A stretch of 64,000 nt of DNA from Thermoproteota archaeon (GCA_029258835.1 JAPDJY010000008.1:1-64000); one strand, 5' to 3'. Counted from the stretch's first letter, positions 30,814 through 40,795 are shown. Numbers and translations: made by a program. The notes: generated by a model from the sequence alone, not told the origin.

Positions 30814-31860
30814 TCACGGGAAGATGCTTGGAGCGTTCAGTCCGAGCGCCTCATCCCAGCCCTCCATCACATTCATGCACTGAACAGCCTGTCCAGCAGC
30901 ACCCTTAACAAGGTTGTCTAAAGCTGATAGAACCACCAGCCTCGAAGCGTGAGGGTCCAGCTCAAATCCAACATCGCAAAAGTTGGAGCCTACAACCGCC
31001 TTTGGGTTAGGAAGCCTGTAAAGTCCCGTTTTCTGTTTAACTATCCGGACAAAGGGCTCGTTACCATAAAACGCCCTGAATGCCCTCCAGACGTCCTTCT
31101 CCTCCGGCAGCTCGTCCAAGAAAAAATGTATTGTAGACAGGATCCCCCTAACCATGTCAATGGAATGAGCTGAGAGAGCCACCTTCACCTGCCTGCCCGT
31201 CACCATCGAAAGCTCCTGCTCTATTTCGGCCGTATGCCTATGCCCCGTCACCTTGTAAGGTCTGACAACGCCCACCCTTTCAGGGTGATGTGTTGACTCT
31301 GTTGCCTCCCTGCCGGCTGCGGAGGAGCCTATTTTAGCATCAACAACTATTCTTTCGGGGTCGATGCTGAACGATGCCACTATGGGTGCTGCCCCTAAAA
31401 TAGCACTCACAGCGATGCATCCGGGGCACGCGACCAGCCTCGCCCCCCTCAATTCTTCCCTGTGTAGTTCAGGTAGACCATACACGGCTTCTTCAAGTAA
31501 CTCAGGCCTCTCATGCCCCCCGTAATATTTCTCGTAGGCCACCTTATCCTTCAGCCTGAAGTCCGCACTTAAGTCTATGACCTTTAACCCAACATCTAAT
31601 AAGTCAGGAGTTAACTTCATCGACGATCTGTGAGGCACAGCCATGAACACATAGTCGCACTTCTCCGAAGCCAACGTGACGTCGTACTCTTCAAACTTTA
31701 TATTCACGAGCTTCCTAAGGTTCGGGTGGACGTCTCCAATGAATTTCCCCGCATATCGCCTTGAGGTGACATAGGTTACTTCAACTTTAGGATGCATGCA
31801 AAGCAGTCTGAGAAGCTCTCCTCCGGTATACCCTGACCCTCCAACTATGCCAACCCTCAT
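30814..31860 (-). CDS. lysY: N-acetyl-gamma-glutamyl-phosphate/LysW-aminoadipyl-phosphate reductase, LysY/ArgC.
   Basis: The sequence MRVGIVGGSGYTGGELLRLL… and an active-site Cys region. Confidence 0.85.
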   Translation of the reverse strand: MRVGIVGGSGYTGGELLRLLCMHPKVEVTYVTSRRYAGKFIGDVHPNLRKLVNIKFEEYDVTLASEKCDYVFMAVPHRSSMKLTPDLLDVGLKVIDLSADFRLKDKVAYEKYYGGHERPELLEEAVYGLPELHREELRGARLVACPGCIAVSAILGAAPIVASFSIDPERIVVDAKIGSSAAGREATESTHHPERVGVVRPYKVTGHRHTAEIEQELSMVTGRQVKVALSAHSIDMVRGILSTIHFFLDELPEEKDVWRAFRAFYGNEPFVRIVKQKTGLYRLPNPKAVVGSNFCDVGFELDPHASRLVVLSALDNLVKGAAGQAVQCMNVMEGWDEALGLNAPSIFP

Positions 31861-32714
31861 TTTACCCTCTCCAAAACATAGTCAATTATCATCCCTGGAA
31901 TGTCTATCCCTGTCACGGGAACTGTTGTGTGGAACTCTACAGTGTGGTTCACCTCGTTAACCATCATCCCATTAGGCCCTGCTAGTATGTCGATGCCATA
32001 GACCCCGTCTCCGCCTACAGCCTTAGCAGCCCTCAAGCTTAACTCCTCTATTTCAGCTGTTACCGGGCAAGGCTCTGCTCTTCCTCCTAGGGCAGTATTC
32101 GTTCTCAACTCTCCTTCCGCTGCAACCCTATAGATGGCTGCCACCACTCTGTCTCCCACAACGAAACTTCTTATGTCCCTATTCATCTCCTTCTCAACAT
32201 ACTCTTGAAGATAAAATGTCTGGTAAAGAGCCCCCATGAAAACTCTATCCTCTAAGATGGCCCTTGCTGTCTGAGGATCCTTTAACGGCGCTACCAGCCG
32301 ACCCCAACTTCCCAAGGTAGGTTTTATGACCGCCGGGTATCCTAGTTTTTCTAATGCTCTAAGAGCTGAGTCAACATCAAATGCTATTAGGGTGTGGGGA
32401 GTTGGAATGCCCTCCCTAGCCAGAGCCAACGTGGTAAGAACCTTGTCAGCACAGATCCTAGAAGCCTCAAAAGAGTTTATTACAATGTGCCCCTTCTCCT
32501 CAAGGAGTTTTGATATGTAAAGCCCTTTGATCGTACTTACACTCCGCTGAAGGTAGACATCCACTTCAGGCACATTATCTAAGTTACCGGTTAAGTCTAG
32601 GAAAATGCTTTTTTGATCTATGATTATCGGCTTAGCCCCTCTCTTCTCGACTGCTCTTATTAACGCTTTTTCATCCCATCGAACCCTGTCACATATGAGG
32701 CCCACCGTAATCAA
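31857..32714 (-). CDS. lysX: RimK-type ATP-grasp ligase, LysX/ArgX.
   Basis: ATP-grasp fold, located adjacent to lysW. Confidence 0.85.
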   Translation of the reverse strand: MITVGLICDRVRWDEKALIRAVEKRGAKPIIIDQKSIFLDLTGNLDNVPEVDVYLQRSVSTIKGLYISKLLEEKGHIVINSFEASRICADKVLTTLALAREGIPTPHTLIAFDVDSALRALEKLGYPAVIKPTLGSWGRLVAPLKDPQTARAILEDRVFMGALYQTFYLQEYVEKEMNRDIRSFVVGDRVVAAIYRVAAEGELRTNTALGGRAEPCPVTAEIEELSLRAAKAVGGDGVYGIDILAGPNGMMVNEVNHTVEFHTTVPVTGIDIPGMIIDYVLERVK

Positions 32715-32715
32715 G

Positions 32716-32913
32716 CTACTCTCCCCAGTCTTCTCCTTTCATTTCCACGACGGAGAACTTAACCCTTTCCCCCTCTATCTCAACGACCTCCAATTCGGCG
32801 CCGCACTCAGGGCACTCAACGACCTCTCTTATAACAGGATCATCCACCTCGATCTCAGCATCGCACTCGGGACAGTTACCCCTCGCCAACCTAATACCTC
32901 CTAGCACTCCCAT
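32716..32913 (-). CDS. lysW: Amino-group carrier protein LysW.
   Basis: 65 aa with a zinc ribbon CPECDAEI…CPECGAEL and an acidic C-terminal tail …EDWGE. Confidence 0.85.
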   Translation of the reverse strand: MGVLGGIRLARGNCPECDAEIEVDDPVIREVVECPECGAELEVVEIEGERVKFSVVEMKGEDWGE

Positions 32914-33077
32914 TCTACCAGCAACTAAAATTTCTTTAAATGAGGCTTAACCAGACACGTCTCTAAAAGCAGCCTCTTCATAAATATTTTTCTTCTTCTA
33001 ATCAAACCATAACATAATCTTTCATATCCAACTCTTCTTTCCTAACTAGAGAGGGAACCTTTAATACGATTTTCCCG

Positions 33078-35060
33078 CTACTCTTCGATTATTGTTCCTC
33101 CTCCAGGTGGAAGCACGTTTTGAATTTCCTCTAAGGGGATCTGAAGGATCATTTCTGATTTATCAGGCGGAGCCTTGCCGGCCAGTTTTCTTTTTATCTT
33201 CTCCGCAAGTTTGCTTGAAGGCATATCCCCCGGTTTAATTCTTACATATATGTTCGTTTTGCTTGATATGGCCGAAGGGGGGCCGCACATGACCACCGCC
33301 TCGTCCTCCTCGAAAATCACACCAACGGATAGTTCTAACGGGACGTTGCGAAAGTAGTTTCTCTCTCCTCTAACTATAAGCCCTCCTCTGGGTAAATACT
33401 CGCCTGAAGGAGGCGTCATAGATACCTGTTCAGGTGGAACCCAGTAGGCGTCTGCCTGAAGCATCCCCTCCCTCCAAGCCCTCGAGTAAGATACTGCAAA
33501 CTGGGCTGCCTCCCTTAACGTTGCCTCAGGGCAAGGTTTTCCACCCGTTTTTACCACAACCACTGGAGCACCATGTACTTCTGCGTGGAGGAAAACATCC
33601 TTCATCTCCATTCTCCTATAAAGTGCAATGTTACTTTTAGCATCTCTCCCTCCTAAAACTAGAAGTCCGTCTGAAGATATAAACCACCTGTATGCTTCAT
33701 ACCATTTCCTTTCCCTTCTCCGCCAAATCCTCCTTTTCTTGACTTCAACCCTCACTTCCTCCCCGGATTTAATCCTCCTGAGCGTCTCCTCCATGGCTTT
33801 ACGTGCACCTTCAGCCTTAACAGCAGCCTTTTTAGCCTTCTCATAAAACTTGTTTGCGTTCTCCACCGCTGAGAGGGTAATATCAAGAGGAATGCGCTCT
33901 CCCTCCAGCTCAACGAAAACGCGGCCAACATGCGGGTCAACGTCAACGAAAACGTTCGCTACCTCCTCTTTACCCTTAACCGAAAGAAGTTTCTCTTTAA
34001 TCTCACCCCAAGAAAAGTTCTTCTTTCTGGCGGAGAGTATGACGTTGAAAAGCTGATCTATAAGATGCAAGTTTTTATATATTAAATCTCCATACTTACG
34101 GTGCTTCCTCCCCGCTCTCTCCATTTCCATTAAGGCTTTCCTCTGGGCATCCAGCATCCTCTGAAGTTTGTCCTCCTCCCTTCTTGCCTTCACCGTTTCC
34201 TTCTCTTCAAGCCCCTCTTCCTCCTCCCTAGAGTAAAACTCGTCTGCAGCCTTGTTAAAGCTTTCAAACCTTTGCCAGCGTATCTCACCATAAGCCTTCA
34301 AAGGGACGGGTGAAACGGTGAAAGCCTTCCCATCCCTAAACCCAATGGCTGGCTCGCCTCTACCTTCAATAACTCCCTTAAGTAGGTCGGTTAGTGCCTT
34401 GAACAGGGCCTCTGCCTCCCCCTCGGATAGGGCCTCTGCCTCCCTGCTTTTGTCGATTCCCGCTCGAACACAGACCTCCTCGGCTAGTACCCCTCCAATG
34501 TTAAATTTTTGAACTAAAGTCGCAGCGACGCTCCTTTCCGACTCTAATATGTGCTTCTTAAACTCTTCAAGGCTCACCGTGCAAGGGTTTAAACCTCTGA
34601 GAGGAGGGAAAACATACTGTTTCTTAGGGAGAACGTCCCTATCCCTCATCGAGGCGTAGTTTTTCGCTACAACTATTTTTCCCTCTCCATCGACCAAAAC
34701 TATGTTCCCCTCTCCGAAAAGCTCAAAAACGAGTGAAACCTTATTTTCAGCAACGCCGACCTCTAAAACGACAACGCGGTCAAAATCGTACTGCCACACA
34801 GAGAGGACTCTACCATGCCTTAAGTGTTTCCGAAGAGTCATGCAGAAAACAGATGGAAAGCGAGGCTTAGCCCTTTCATACCATGTAAGGTGAATCCGTC
34901 TACCCGGCTCAACAAGTAACTGTAGCGTCTCCCCCATCCCCCGCAGCTTAACTAGGAAAACATCGCCGACCTGATATATGTTACGAATACGAGCCCCAAC
35001 AATCACCTTTTTAAGCTCGGAAACGATGGCTGCCACATCGAAGCTGGACATTCCACTCAA
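33078..35060 (-). CDS. NFACT-family protein, an archaeal homologue of RqcH/NEMF (ribosome quality control).
   Basis: NFACT-N domain start MSGMSSFDVAAIVSELKK…, a coiled-coil middle region, and an NFACT-R/DUF814 C-terminus. Confidence 0.7.
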   Translation of the reverse strand: MSGMSSFDVAAIVSELKKVIVGARIRNIYQVGDVFLVKLRGMGETLQLLVEPGRRIHLTWYERAKPRFPSVFCMTLRKHLRHGRVLSVWQYDFDRVVVLEVGVAENKVSLVFELFGEGNIVLVDGEGKIVVAKNYASMRDRDVLPKKQYVFPPLRGLNPCTVSLEEFKKHILESERSVAATLVQKFNIGGVLAEEVCVRAGIDKSREAEALSEGEAEALFKALTDLLKGVIEGRGEPAIGFRDGKAFTVSPVPLKAYGEIRWQRFESFNKAADEFYSREEEEGLEEKETVKARREEDKLQRMLDAQRKALMEMERAGRKHRKYGDLIYKNLHLIDQLFNVILSARKKNFSWGEIKEKLLSVKGKEEVANVFVDVDPHVGRVFVELEGERIPLDITLSAVENANKFYEKAKKAAVKAEGARKAMEETLRRIKSGEEVRVEVKKRRIWRRRERKWYEAYRWFISSDGLLVLGGRDAKSNIALYRRMEMKDVFLHAEVHGAPVVVVKTGGKPCPEATLREAAQFAVSYSRAWREGMLQADAYWVPPEQVSMTPPSGEYLPRGGLIVRGERNYFRNVPLELSVGVIFEEDEAVVMCGPPSAISSKTNIYVRIKPGDMPSSKLAEKIKRKLAGKAPPDKSEMILQIPLEEIQNVLPPGGGTIIEE

Positions 35061-35087
35061 AGGAAAATCACCTCAGAGGTAGGAATT

Positions 35088-35447
35088 ATGAAGCAGCACA
35101 TATTAACAAAGGTGAAGGGTAAGTGGGATGCGCAGCCTCCAAAAGAGAAAATATGGTGGGTGAGGAACATAACTGCAATGCTATCATCAATAGCGAGCAC
35201 GATCATAAAACCTATTCTCTTCCCTCCCCTCTTAGACATAATGCTCTCGTCGCCCTCTTCCACCATAGCAGCGCTAACGGGAGTAACCCTCATCCTAATA
35301 GTTCCAGCCATTCTATCACGCTACTATCTAAAGATAACCCAGGAGCAGATAGGAGGATGGATGCCTTACTTCACAGCAGGCCTCATAACGTCATTATTCC
35401 TGTGGCTCACCCTATGGACGACCGCTTACACTCTCCTATCCACCTAG
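35088..35447 (+). CDS. Hypothetical membrane protein.
   Basis: 119 aa with 3 hydrophobic helices. It overlaps an antisense ORF 35057..35311 that is probably spurious. Confidence 0.3.
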   Translation: MKQHILTKVKGKWDAQPPKEKIWWVRNITAMLSSIASTIIKPILFPPLLDIMLSSPSSTIAALTGVTLILIVPAILSRYYLKITQEQIGGWMPYFTAGLITSLFLWLTLWTTAYTLLST

Positions 35448-35620
35448 TTCCCCAAAACAAAAACACGCTAATAAGCGCTTTTAAATAAAACGATGCAAGA
35501 AATCCGCCTCCGCCAGACTCCTAGATAAGGGGAAAGACCAAATTTTTTAAAAGGGTAACAAAAGCCACTACATAGTGGATATTGTTGAAGCGACCCCGGC
35601 TAAAAAGGAGATGGCAGGAA

Positions 35621-37411
35621 ATGTCAAAGGAGAGGGTAGGTAAGATCATTAGGATATCTGGTCCCGTTGTGGAGGCGGAGGGCCTCACAGGAGTTCAAAT
35701 GTACGAGGTATGCATGGTGGGAGAGGAAAGGCTGATTGGGGAGGTGAATCGTGTTGAAGGTGACAGGGCAACAATACAGGTTTACGAGGAAACTTCAGGC
35801 CTAAGACCGGGAGAGCCCGCCATAGCGACGGGTATGCCTCTCTCGGTTGAACTGGGCCCGGGACTGATAGGACAGATATTCGACGGAATACAGAGGCCGC
35901 TACCTAGAATAAAAGAAATGACTGGCGACTTCATAAAGAGAGGGGTAACCGCGGAGGCCCTCCCACGAGACAAAAAATGGCGTTTCACCCCGTTAGTTAA
36001 GGAAGGAGAAAAGGTTGTACAGGGACAGATAATAGGAGAGGTACCGGAAAAGAAGCTGGTTACAATAAGGGTTTTAGTGCCTGTCGGAGTTAATGGTAAA
36101 ATAGTTGAAATTGCTCCTGAAGGAGAATACGTGGTTACGGATACTGTTGCAAAGATCGAGACTCCTAGAGGGGAAATACACGAAGTTAAGCTTATGTCAA
36201 AGTGGCCTGTAAGGCAGCCTAGGCCGTTCATGAGGAAGCTGGAATCCTCAGTTCCCCTAATGACTGGCCAAAGAATAATTGATACGTTTTTCCCCGTGGC
36301 GATGGGTGGAACAGCAGCCATACCCGGCGGCTTCGGCACGGGAAAGACCGTCATGCTCCACCAGTTGGCAAAGTACGCGTCAGCAGACATAATAGTATAC
36401 GTTGGCTGTGGGGAGCGAGGCAACGAAATGACCGAAGTCTTAGAAGACTTCCCGAAGCTGGAAGACCCCCGTACCGGCGAACCCTTAATGAATAGAACAG
36501 TCCTTATTGCTAACACAAGTAACATGCCTGTTGCAGCAAGAGAAGCATCAATTTATACTGGAATCACTATCGCTGAGTATTTCAGAGATCAAGGTTACGA
36601 CGTTGCTTTAATGGCTGACTCCACCTCAAGGTGGGCTGAAGCCCTCCGAGAGATCAGCGGTAGGCTTGAGGAGATGCCTGGCGAAGAAGGTTTCCCAGCA
36701 TATCTGGGGTCTAGACTTGCAGAGTTTTACGAGAGAGCCGGCCGGGTGGTAACCCTTGGCTCCACGGAGGAAAACCCGAGGTATGGGTCGGTCACCGTCT
36801 GCGGTGCAGTTTCTCCTCCTGGCGGCGACTTTAGTGAACCAGTTACCACGAACACGTTGCGTGTAGTTAAGGTGTTCTGGGCCCTCAACAAAGATCTTGC
36901 GAGTAGACGCCACTTCCCGGCTATTCACTGGCTTCAAAGCTACAGCCTCTACTTGGAAAGCTTAGAAGACTGGTTTAAACGCGAAGTAAGCCCTGAATTC
37001 TCGGAGCTACGTAGGGAGGCAATGTACCTGCTTCAGCGTGAGGAAGAGCTTAGGGAGATTGTTCAGCTGGTTGGCCCCGACGCACTACCTGAAAGCGAAC
37101 GGGTAGTTCTTGAGGCGGCAAGAATGATAAGGGAGGACTTCCTGCAACAGTCCGCACTACACCCTATTGACACGTACTGCTCTCCTCAAAAAGCATATAT
37201 GATGTTGAAGACGATCATCCACTTCTATCATAAAATGCGTGACAGCGTAGCTAAGGGTGTTCCCGTAACAAGTATTCTATCTCTTCCTTTAAGGGATGAG
37301 ATTGCACGGATGAAAGTGATCCCCAATGATAAGATCGAGGAGTACGTTAACTCTATTGCAACTAAAATCGACGAATCCTTTGAAAAACTTGCGATGGAAG
37401 CTACCGTTTAA
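35621..37411 (+). CDS. atpA: A1A0/V-type ATP synthase catalytic subunit A.
   Basis: Walker A GGFGTGKT and full-length homology. There is no intein, and no atpB is adjacent. The start is placed at the ATG at 35621, which has an AGGAG Shine-Dalgarno sequence upstream. Confidence 0.9.
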   Translation: MSKERVGKIIRISGPVVEAEGLTGVQMYEVCMVGEERLIGEVNRVEGDRATIQVYEETSGLRPGEPAIATGMPLSVELGPGLIGQIFDGIQRPLPRIKEMTGDFIKRGVTAEALPRDKKWRFTPLVKEGEKVVQGQIIGEVPEKKLVTIRVLVPVGVNGKIVEIAPEGEYVVTDTVAKIETPRGEIHEVKLMSKWPVRQPRPFMRKLESSVPLMTGQRIIDTFFPVAMGGTAAIPGGFGTGKTVMLHQLAKYASADIIVYVGCGERGNEMTEVLEDFPKLEDPRTGEPLMNRTVLIANTSNMPVAAREASIYTGITIAEYFRDQGYDVALMADSTSRWAEALREISGRLEEMPGEEGFPAYLGSRLAEFYERAGRVVTLGSTEENPRYGSVTVCGAVSPPGGDFSEPVTTNTLRVVKVFWALNKDLASRRHFPAIHWLQSYSLYLESLEDWFKREVSPEFSELRREAMYLLQREEELREIVQLVGPDALPESERVVLEAARMIREDFLQQSALHPIDTYCSPQKAYMMLKTIIHFYHKMRDSVAKGVPVTSILSLPLRDEIARMKVIPNDKIEEYVNSIATKIDESFEKLAMEATV

Positions 37412-37489
37412 CTATATTTTTCCCAGAATTCCCCTCTTTATTTTGCTTCTTTCTATACATTTCTCGAGGAAAAGATAAATTAAGGTTCG

Positions 37490-37515
37490 TAATGTAAGTA
37501 TTTAATGTAAGTATT
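37490..37515 (+). repeat. Perfect tandem duplication of a 13-nt unit (aatgtaagtattt, twice) in the promoter region of the KaiC-like gene.
   Basis: Read directly from the sequence. It overlaps a TATA-like ttttatat at 37512..37519. Confidence 0.6.
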
Positions 37516-37570
37516 TTATATGAAATATGAAAATAGGAAATGTAAAAATAGAAGGTAACGAATAAAATGA

Positions 37571-38920
37571 ATGAAAGAACCTCTAGGATTATTCTTTTCC
37601 CTTCGATTCTTCATATGTATGCTGTTTGGGTGGGCGGATAGGGTGTATGAAAATCTTGTAAGTACTGGTGTTGCTGGATTAGATTTTCTATGTGGTGGTG
37701 GTGTTCCCCGTGGCTCCCTCGTGCTGATTTTATGTGATAGTGGAACATCGCAGGACGCCTCCGCATTGCTTGGGATGCTCGGTTTAAACCTTTTAGAGAG
37801 GGGTGAAACGCTCATCCTCATCACGACGGATCCTCCATCTCAAACTTACCCTCAGCTTTATGCTCCAGAGGTCACGAGGGAAGCTTTAAGAGAAAACCGT
37901 CTTTTTTACGTAGACCTTTTTAGTAGTTCCATGGGTGTAGCTGGAACAGAGAATTCAAACGTGGCTGTTGTGGCCAAGACAAACGATTTAAACCATATCA
38001 TGTATGTTTTGAGAAGGTTCAGGGATGAGAAACTTAGAGGTATCCCGTTTCCTGAATTGAAGGTTACTTGGATCTATAACCAGTTCTCTACTACTATATT
38101 TTCCACAGAGGATCCCGGGAAGTGTCTGCACTTCTTATGGGATATCAAGTCAAAGGTTAAGCTTCTTAACGACCTTTTCTTTACATCCATGAACAGAGAA
38201 ATGCATGAAAGTAAGGTTGTGGCAACGGCCGAACACATAGCAGACACGGTTATCGAGCTTAAAAGCGTCGACGCTAAGGGCCTTTCTAGAAGGTACATCA
38301 CTATAGTGAAAAATGCTGGGTTACCATATGTTAAGATCGCGACGCCATATACCTTAAGGTTTAGGGAGCGTGAGGTTCTAATAGGGAATGATATTCTCTC
38401 GTCCTTCGACTCAATAAAGACGACGGTTACCATGGATGCTGAAGGCAACGTTAGAAGCCAGATCATGGGGGAGTTTGGCCGCATCGCTATTCTTCCCGCC
38501 GTTTTCCTCCAAGAGATGGTGAGGAGGGGAGAAGAGGAAGGAGTCTTAGATAAGATTGGAAAAGTTTTAGAGGATGCCGGCTACCGGGTCGCGTATAGGT
38601 CCATCAGGCGCTTACGTGAAACCTTCCCCTTCACGGAAGACGAGCTTTTCATTAGAGGATTAGAAACAACGGGGTTAGCCGGGTGGGGGCTTGCTGAAGC
38701 CGATATGAGGAACGCCCCAGCGCTCATTAAGGTTAAGGTTAAAAACTCTGTTATGGCTCGAGTAGGCCGCCTCTACAAGGAGCCAGTATGCTTCAACTTT
38801 AAAGGAGTTATAAGGGGACTGGCCGAAGCGATCTACGAGGTTCCTTATTTCGTCGAGGAGGTTGAATGCGTGGCTTGTGGAAGTCAATACTGCGTTTTCG
38901 TCGCCAAGCAAAGAATTTAA
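37571..38920 (+). CDS. KaiC/RecA-superfamily ATPase-like domain with a degenerate Walker A, fused to a C-terminal V4R (4-vinyl-reductase-like) domain.
   Basis: N-terminal KaiC-like fold with DSGTSQ in place of GxxGxGKT. The C-terminus …VCFNFKGVIRGLAEAIYEVPYFVEEVECVACGSQYCVFV matches the V4R Cys pattern. Confidence 0.55.
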   Translation: MKEPLGLFFSLRFFICMLFGWADRVYENLVSTGVAGLDFLCGGGVPRGSLVLILCDSGTSQDASALLGMLGLNLLERGETLILITTDPPSQTYPQLYAPEVTREALRENRLFYVDLFSSSMGVAGTENSNVAVVAKTNDLNHIMYVLRRFRDEKLRGIPFPELKVTWIYNQFSTTIFSTEDPGKCLHFLWDIKSKVKLLNDLFFTSMNREMHESKVVATAEHIADTVIELKSVDAKGLSRRYITIVKNAGLPYVKIATPYTLRFREREVLIGNDILSSFDSIKTTVTMDAEGNVRSQIMGEFGRIAILPAVFLQEMVRRGEEEGVLDKIGKVLEDAGYRVAYRSIRRLRETFPFTEDELFIRGLETTGLAGWGLAEADMRNAPALIKVKVKNSVMARVGRLYKEPVCFNFKGVIRGLAEAIYEVPYFVEEVECVACGSQYCVFVAKQRI

Positions 38921-38959
38921 TTAAATCACGTAAACGCCTTGCGTAACGGTTAATTATTT

Positions 38960-39235
38960 GGTAGGTGGATGTTGTGCTTGCCCTGTCCCGGGTGTGGTGG
39001 GGGAGTAAGGCGTCGAAGGGGTGGGTTTTAAACCTTAAGGTACGCTAGGGGTTGTGGTGTGTGGTTTTCCTCCTCTCCGAGCATCTTCCACCGTGCGGCG
39101 AACGGGATGAACCCTCCGTGGAAGGTGCGGGTGAGGAGGAGAGCAAGGTTACGAAAGGGGGCAAGGACGATGATAAGCCTCCAATGAACCCAAAAGGAGA
39201 AAGCCCGACGAACCTCAACCTACACAAGCATACCA
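38960..39235 (-). ncRNA. Candidate structured ncRNA, GC-rich with no ORF. It may be an H/ACA-like guide RNA. Identity is unresolved.
   Basis: The GC-rich 270 nt lie between convergent 3' ends in an AT-moderate genome. A TATA box (ctatataaag, 39240..39249) is oriented for minus-strand transcription. A long imperfect hairpin (39068..39150) is followed on the minus strand by ACA about 15 nt past the pocket. Confidence 0.3.
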
Positions 39236-39269
39236 ACACCTATATAAAGCTGAACTCCTTAAACATTCT

Positions 39270-40670
39270 TCACTTTCCCTTATTTTGCCCCTCAAATCTT
39301 TTCAGTATTATTTTCGTTGTTGTTTCACCTACTCCTCTTATGCTTCTTATGGCTTCTATGCACTCGTTAAGGTCGCTTACGTCTCTTGCTTGAACGTAAA
39401 CAACTATATCATACTCGCCGCTTACCTCGAACGCCTCCTTCACTCCTGGTATGTTAATGATTTTTCTTATTATGTTCGTCGTGTAAATGTGTGGTTCAAC
39501 CTTTATCGAAACCATCCCCATCGCCCCTTCAGGAGGCATTCCCCTAACATTATAGCCAAGCACCTTCTCGGCAATGTTCAAAATGTCGGCGTTTTCGATA
39601 CGCTTCTTTCTATCAGAAAGCTCCTTGATCATCAGCGTTATCTTCTGGAGCTGCTCATCGTTGACTGTTATCCCCAGTTCGTCAAGCTTCGCCTTCACTG
39701 CATGACGCCCCGCATACCTGTCCACAACTATCTTGCGGCTTCTTCCCAGCATTAAGGGATCGAAAGCCTCATAGGTAGCTGGGTTAGCTAGGACCGCGGC
39801 AACGTGTACTCCTGCTTTATGGGAAAAAGCATTAGCTCCAATGACCGGCGCGTTAGGAGCAAGGTACACGCCACTGTACCTTTCAACCATGCTTGAAATC
39901 TCTGTTAATAGGTGAAAATTAATGCCAGCATCTATTCCCATCAGAACTTTTAATGCAACCGCCACCTCCGCTAAGGATGCTATACCTGCTCTTTCACCAA
40001 GTCCGTTCACCGTGGTGTGAACCACATCTGCTCCAGCCCTCACCCCGGCGAGAGAGTTTGCAACAGCTAACCCTAAGTCATTATGGCAGTGTACATCAAA
40101 CTCTGCCCGTACTTTCTCTGAAAGAAAGGATACGAGCTCGTACATTTTATCCGGTGTCATTACCCCCACGGTGTCAGCTACACTAATCCTGTCCGCTCCC
40201 GCCTCCACGGCCGCCGAGCACACGTCTACAAGATATTCCTTCTCCGTTCTGGTTGCATCTTCAGGGGTAAACCTAACTCTCACCCCGTGCTCTCTGGCGT
40301 ATTCGACCGCTTCAACAACCTTCTCTTTGATGTCCTCTTTGCTCATTTTAAGCTTCTCTCTCCTGTGAAGTGGTGATGTTCCTATGAATATCGCCACCCT
40401 GTTGACCTCACAGTCAAGAGCTAAATCTATGTCGCCTCTAACAGCCCTTACGTGGGCGATAACCTCCGCTTTCAATCCTTCACGAGCTATCCTCTTTACA
40501 GCTTCTCTTACACCATCCGAAACCATCGGCGAGCCTGCTTCGATCATCCCTACGCCTACCTCATCTAGCATCCGTGCAATCTCAAGTTTCTCCTCCACGG
40601 TGAATGAAACTCCTGGCGTCTGCTCTCCTTCCCGGAGCGTCGAATCTAAAATAATTACCTTCCTGCTCAT
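39270..40670 (-). CDS. Homocitrate synthase (DRE-TIM metallolyase) with a C-terminal RAM-like regulatory domain.
   Basis: LREGEQ and HxH motifs. The C-terminal 80 aa resemble an Lrp/AsnC-type ligand-binding domain, as in crenarchaeal lysine-regulated HCS. It is near the lysW cluster. Confidence 0.75.
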   Translation of the reverse strand: MSRKVIILDSTLREGEQTPGVSFTVEEKLEIARMLDEVGVGMIEAGSPMVSDGVREAVKRIAREGLKAEVIAHVRAVRGDIDLALDCEVNRVAIFIGTSPLHRREKLKMSKEDIKEKVVEAVEYAREHGVRVRFTPEDATRTEKEYLVDVCSAAVEAGADRISVADTVGVMTPDKMYELVSFLSEKVRAEFDVHCHNDLGLAVANSLAGVRAGADVVHTTVNGLGERAGIASLAEVAVALKVLMGIDAGINFHLLTEISSMVERYSGVYLAPNAPVIGANAFSHKAGVHVAAVLANPATYEAFDPLMLGRSRKIVVDRYAGRHAVKAKLDELGITVNDEQLQKITLMIKELSDRKKRIENADILNIAEKVLGYNVRGMPPEGAMGMVSIKVEPHIYTTNIIRKIINIPGVKEAFEVSGEYDIVVYVQARDVSDLNECIEAIRSIRGVGETTTKIILKRFEGQNKGK

Positions 40671-40795
40671 CTCTCTCACACCGCCGGAAATAGCGAAGAT
40701 GGATGGTCTGCCATTAAGGACGCACCTGTTATATTTTTTTCTAGGCTGGGAAATCTTTATTGGCTAACCGCTGATAGTCTAAGTTGGGTGTATGA

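Noticed and set aside
35057-35311. ORF of 84 aa on the minus strand, upstream of the NFACT gene.
   Set aside because: It overlaps the +strand membrane ORF 35088..35447. It has no conserved features, and one of the two is spurious.
35582-37411. Intein in atpA, or in aIF5B or Hel308.
   Set aside because: Protein lengths (596, 590 and 725 aa) and continuous motif spacing show no inserted intein.
38921-39269. RNase P RNA or SRP RNA assignment for the GC-rich segment.
   Set aside because: There is no match to P4/CR-I/CR-V (GGAAAGUCC, ACAGAA…GGCUUA in correct order). A GGCUUAUC-like string occurs only on the wrong strand and at the wrong end. No SRP helix-8 GGAA/AGCAG motif was found.
39052-39393. 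ORF of 113 aa across the GC-rich intergenic segment.
   Set aside because: It has low-complexity translation, spans a region better explained as ncRNA, and then runs antisense into the HCS gene.
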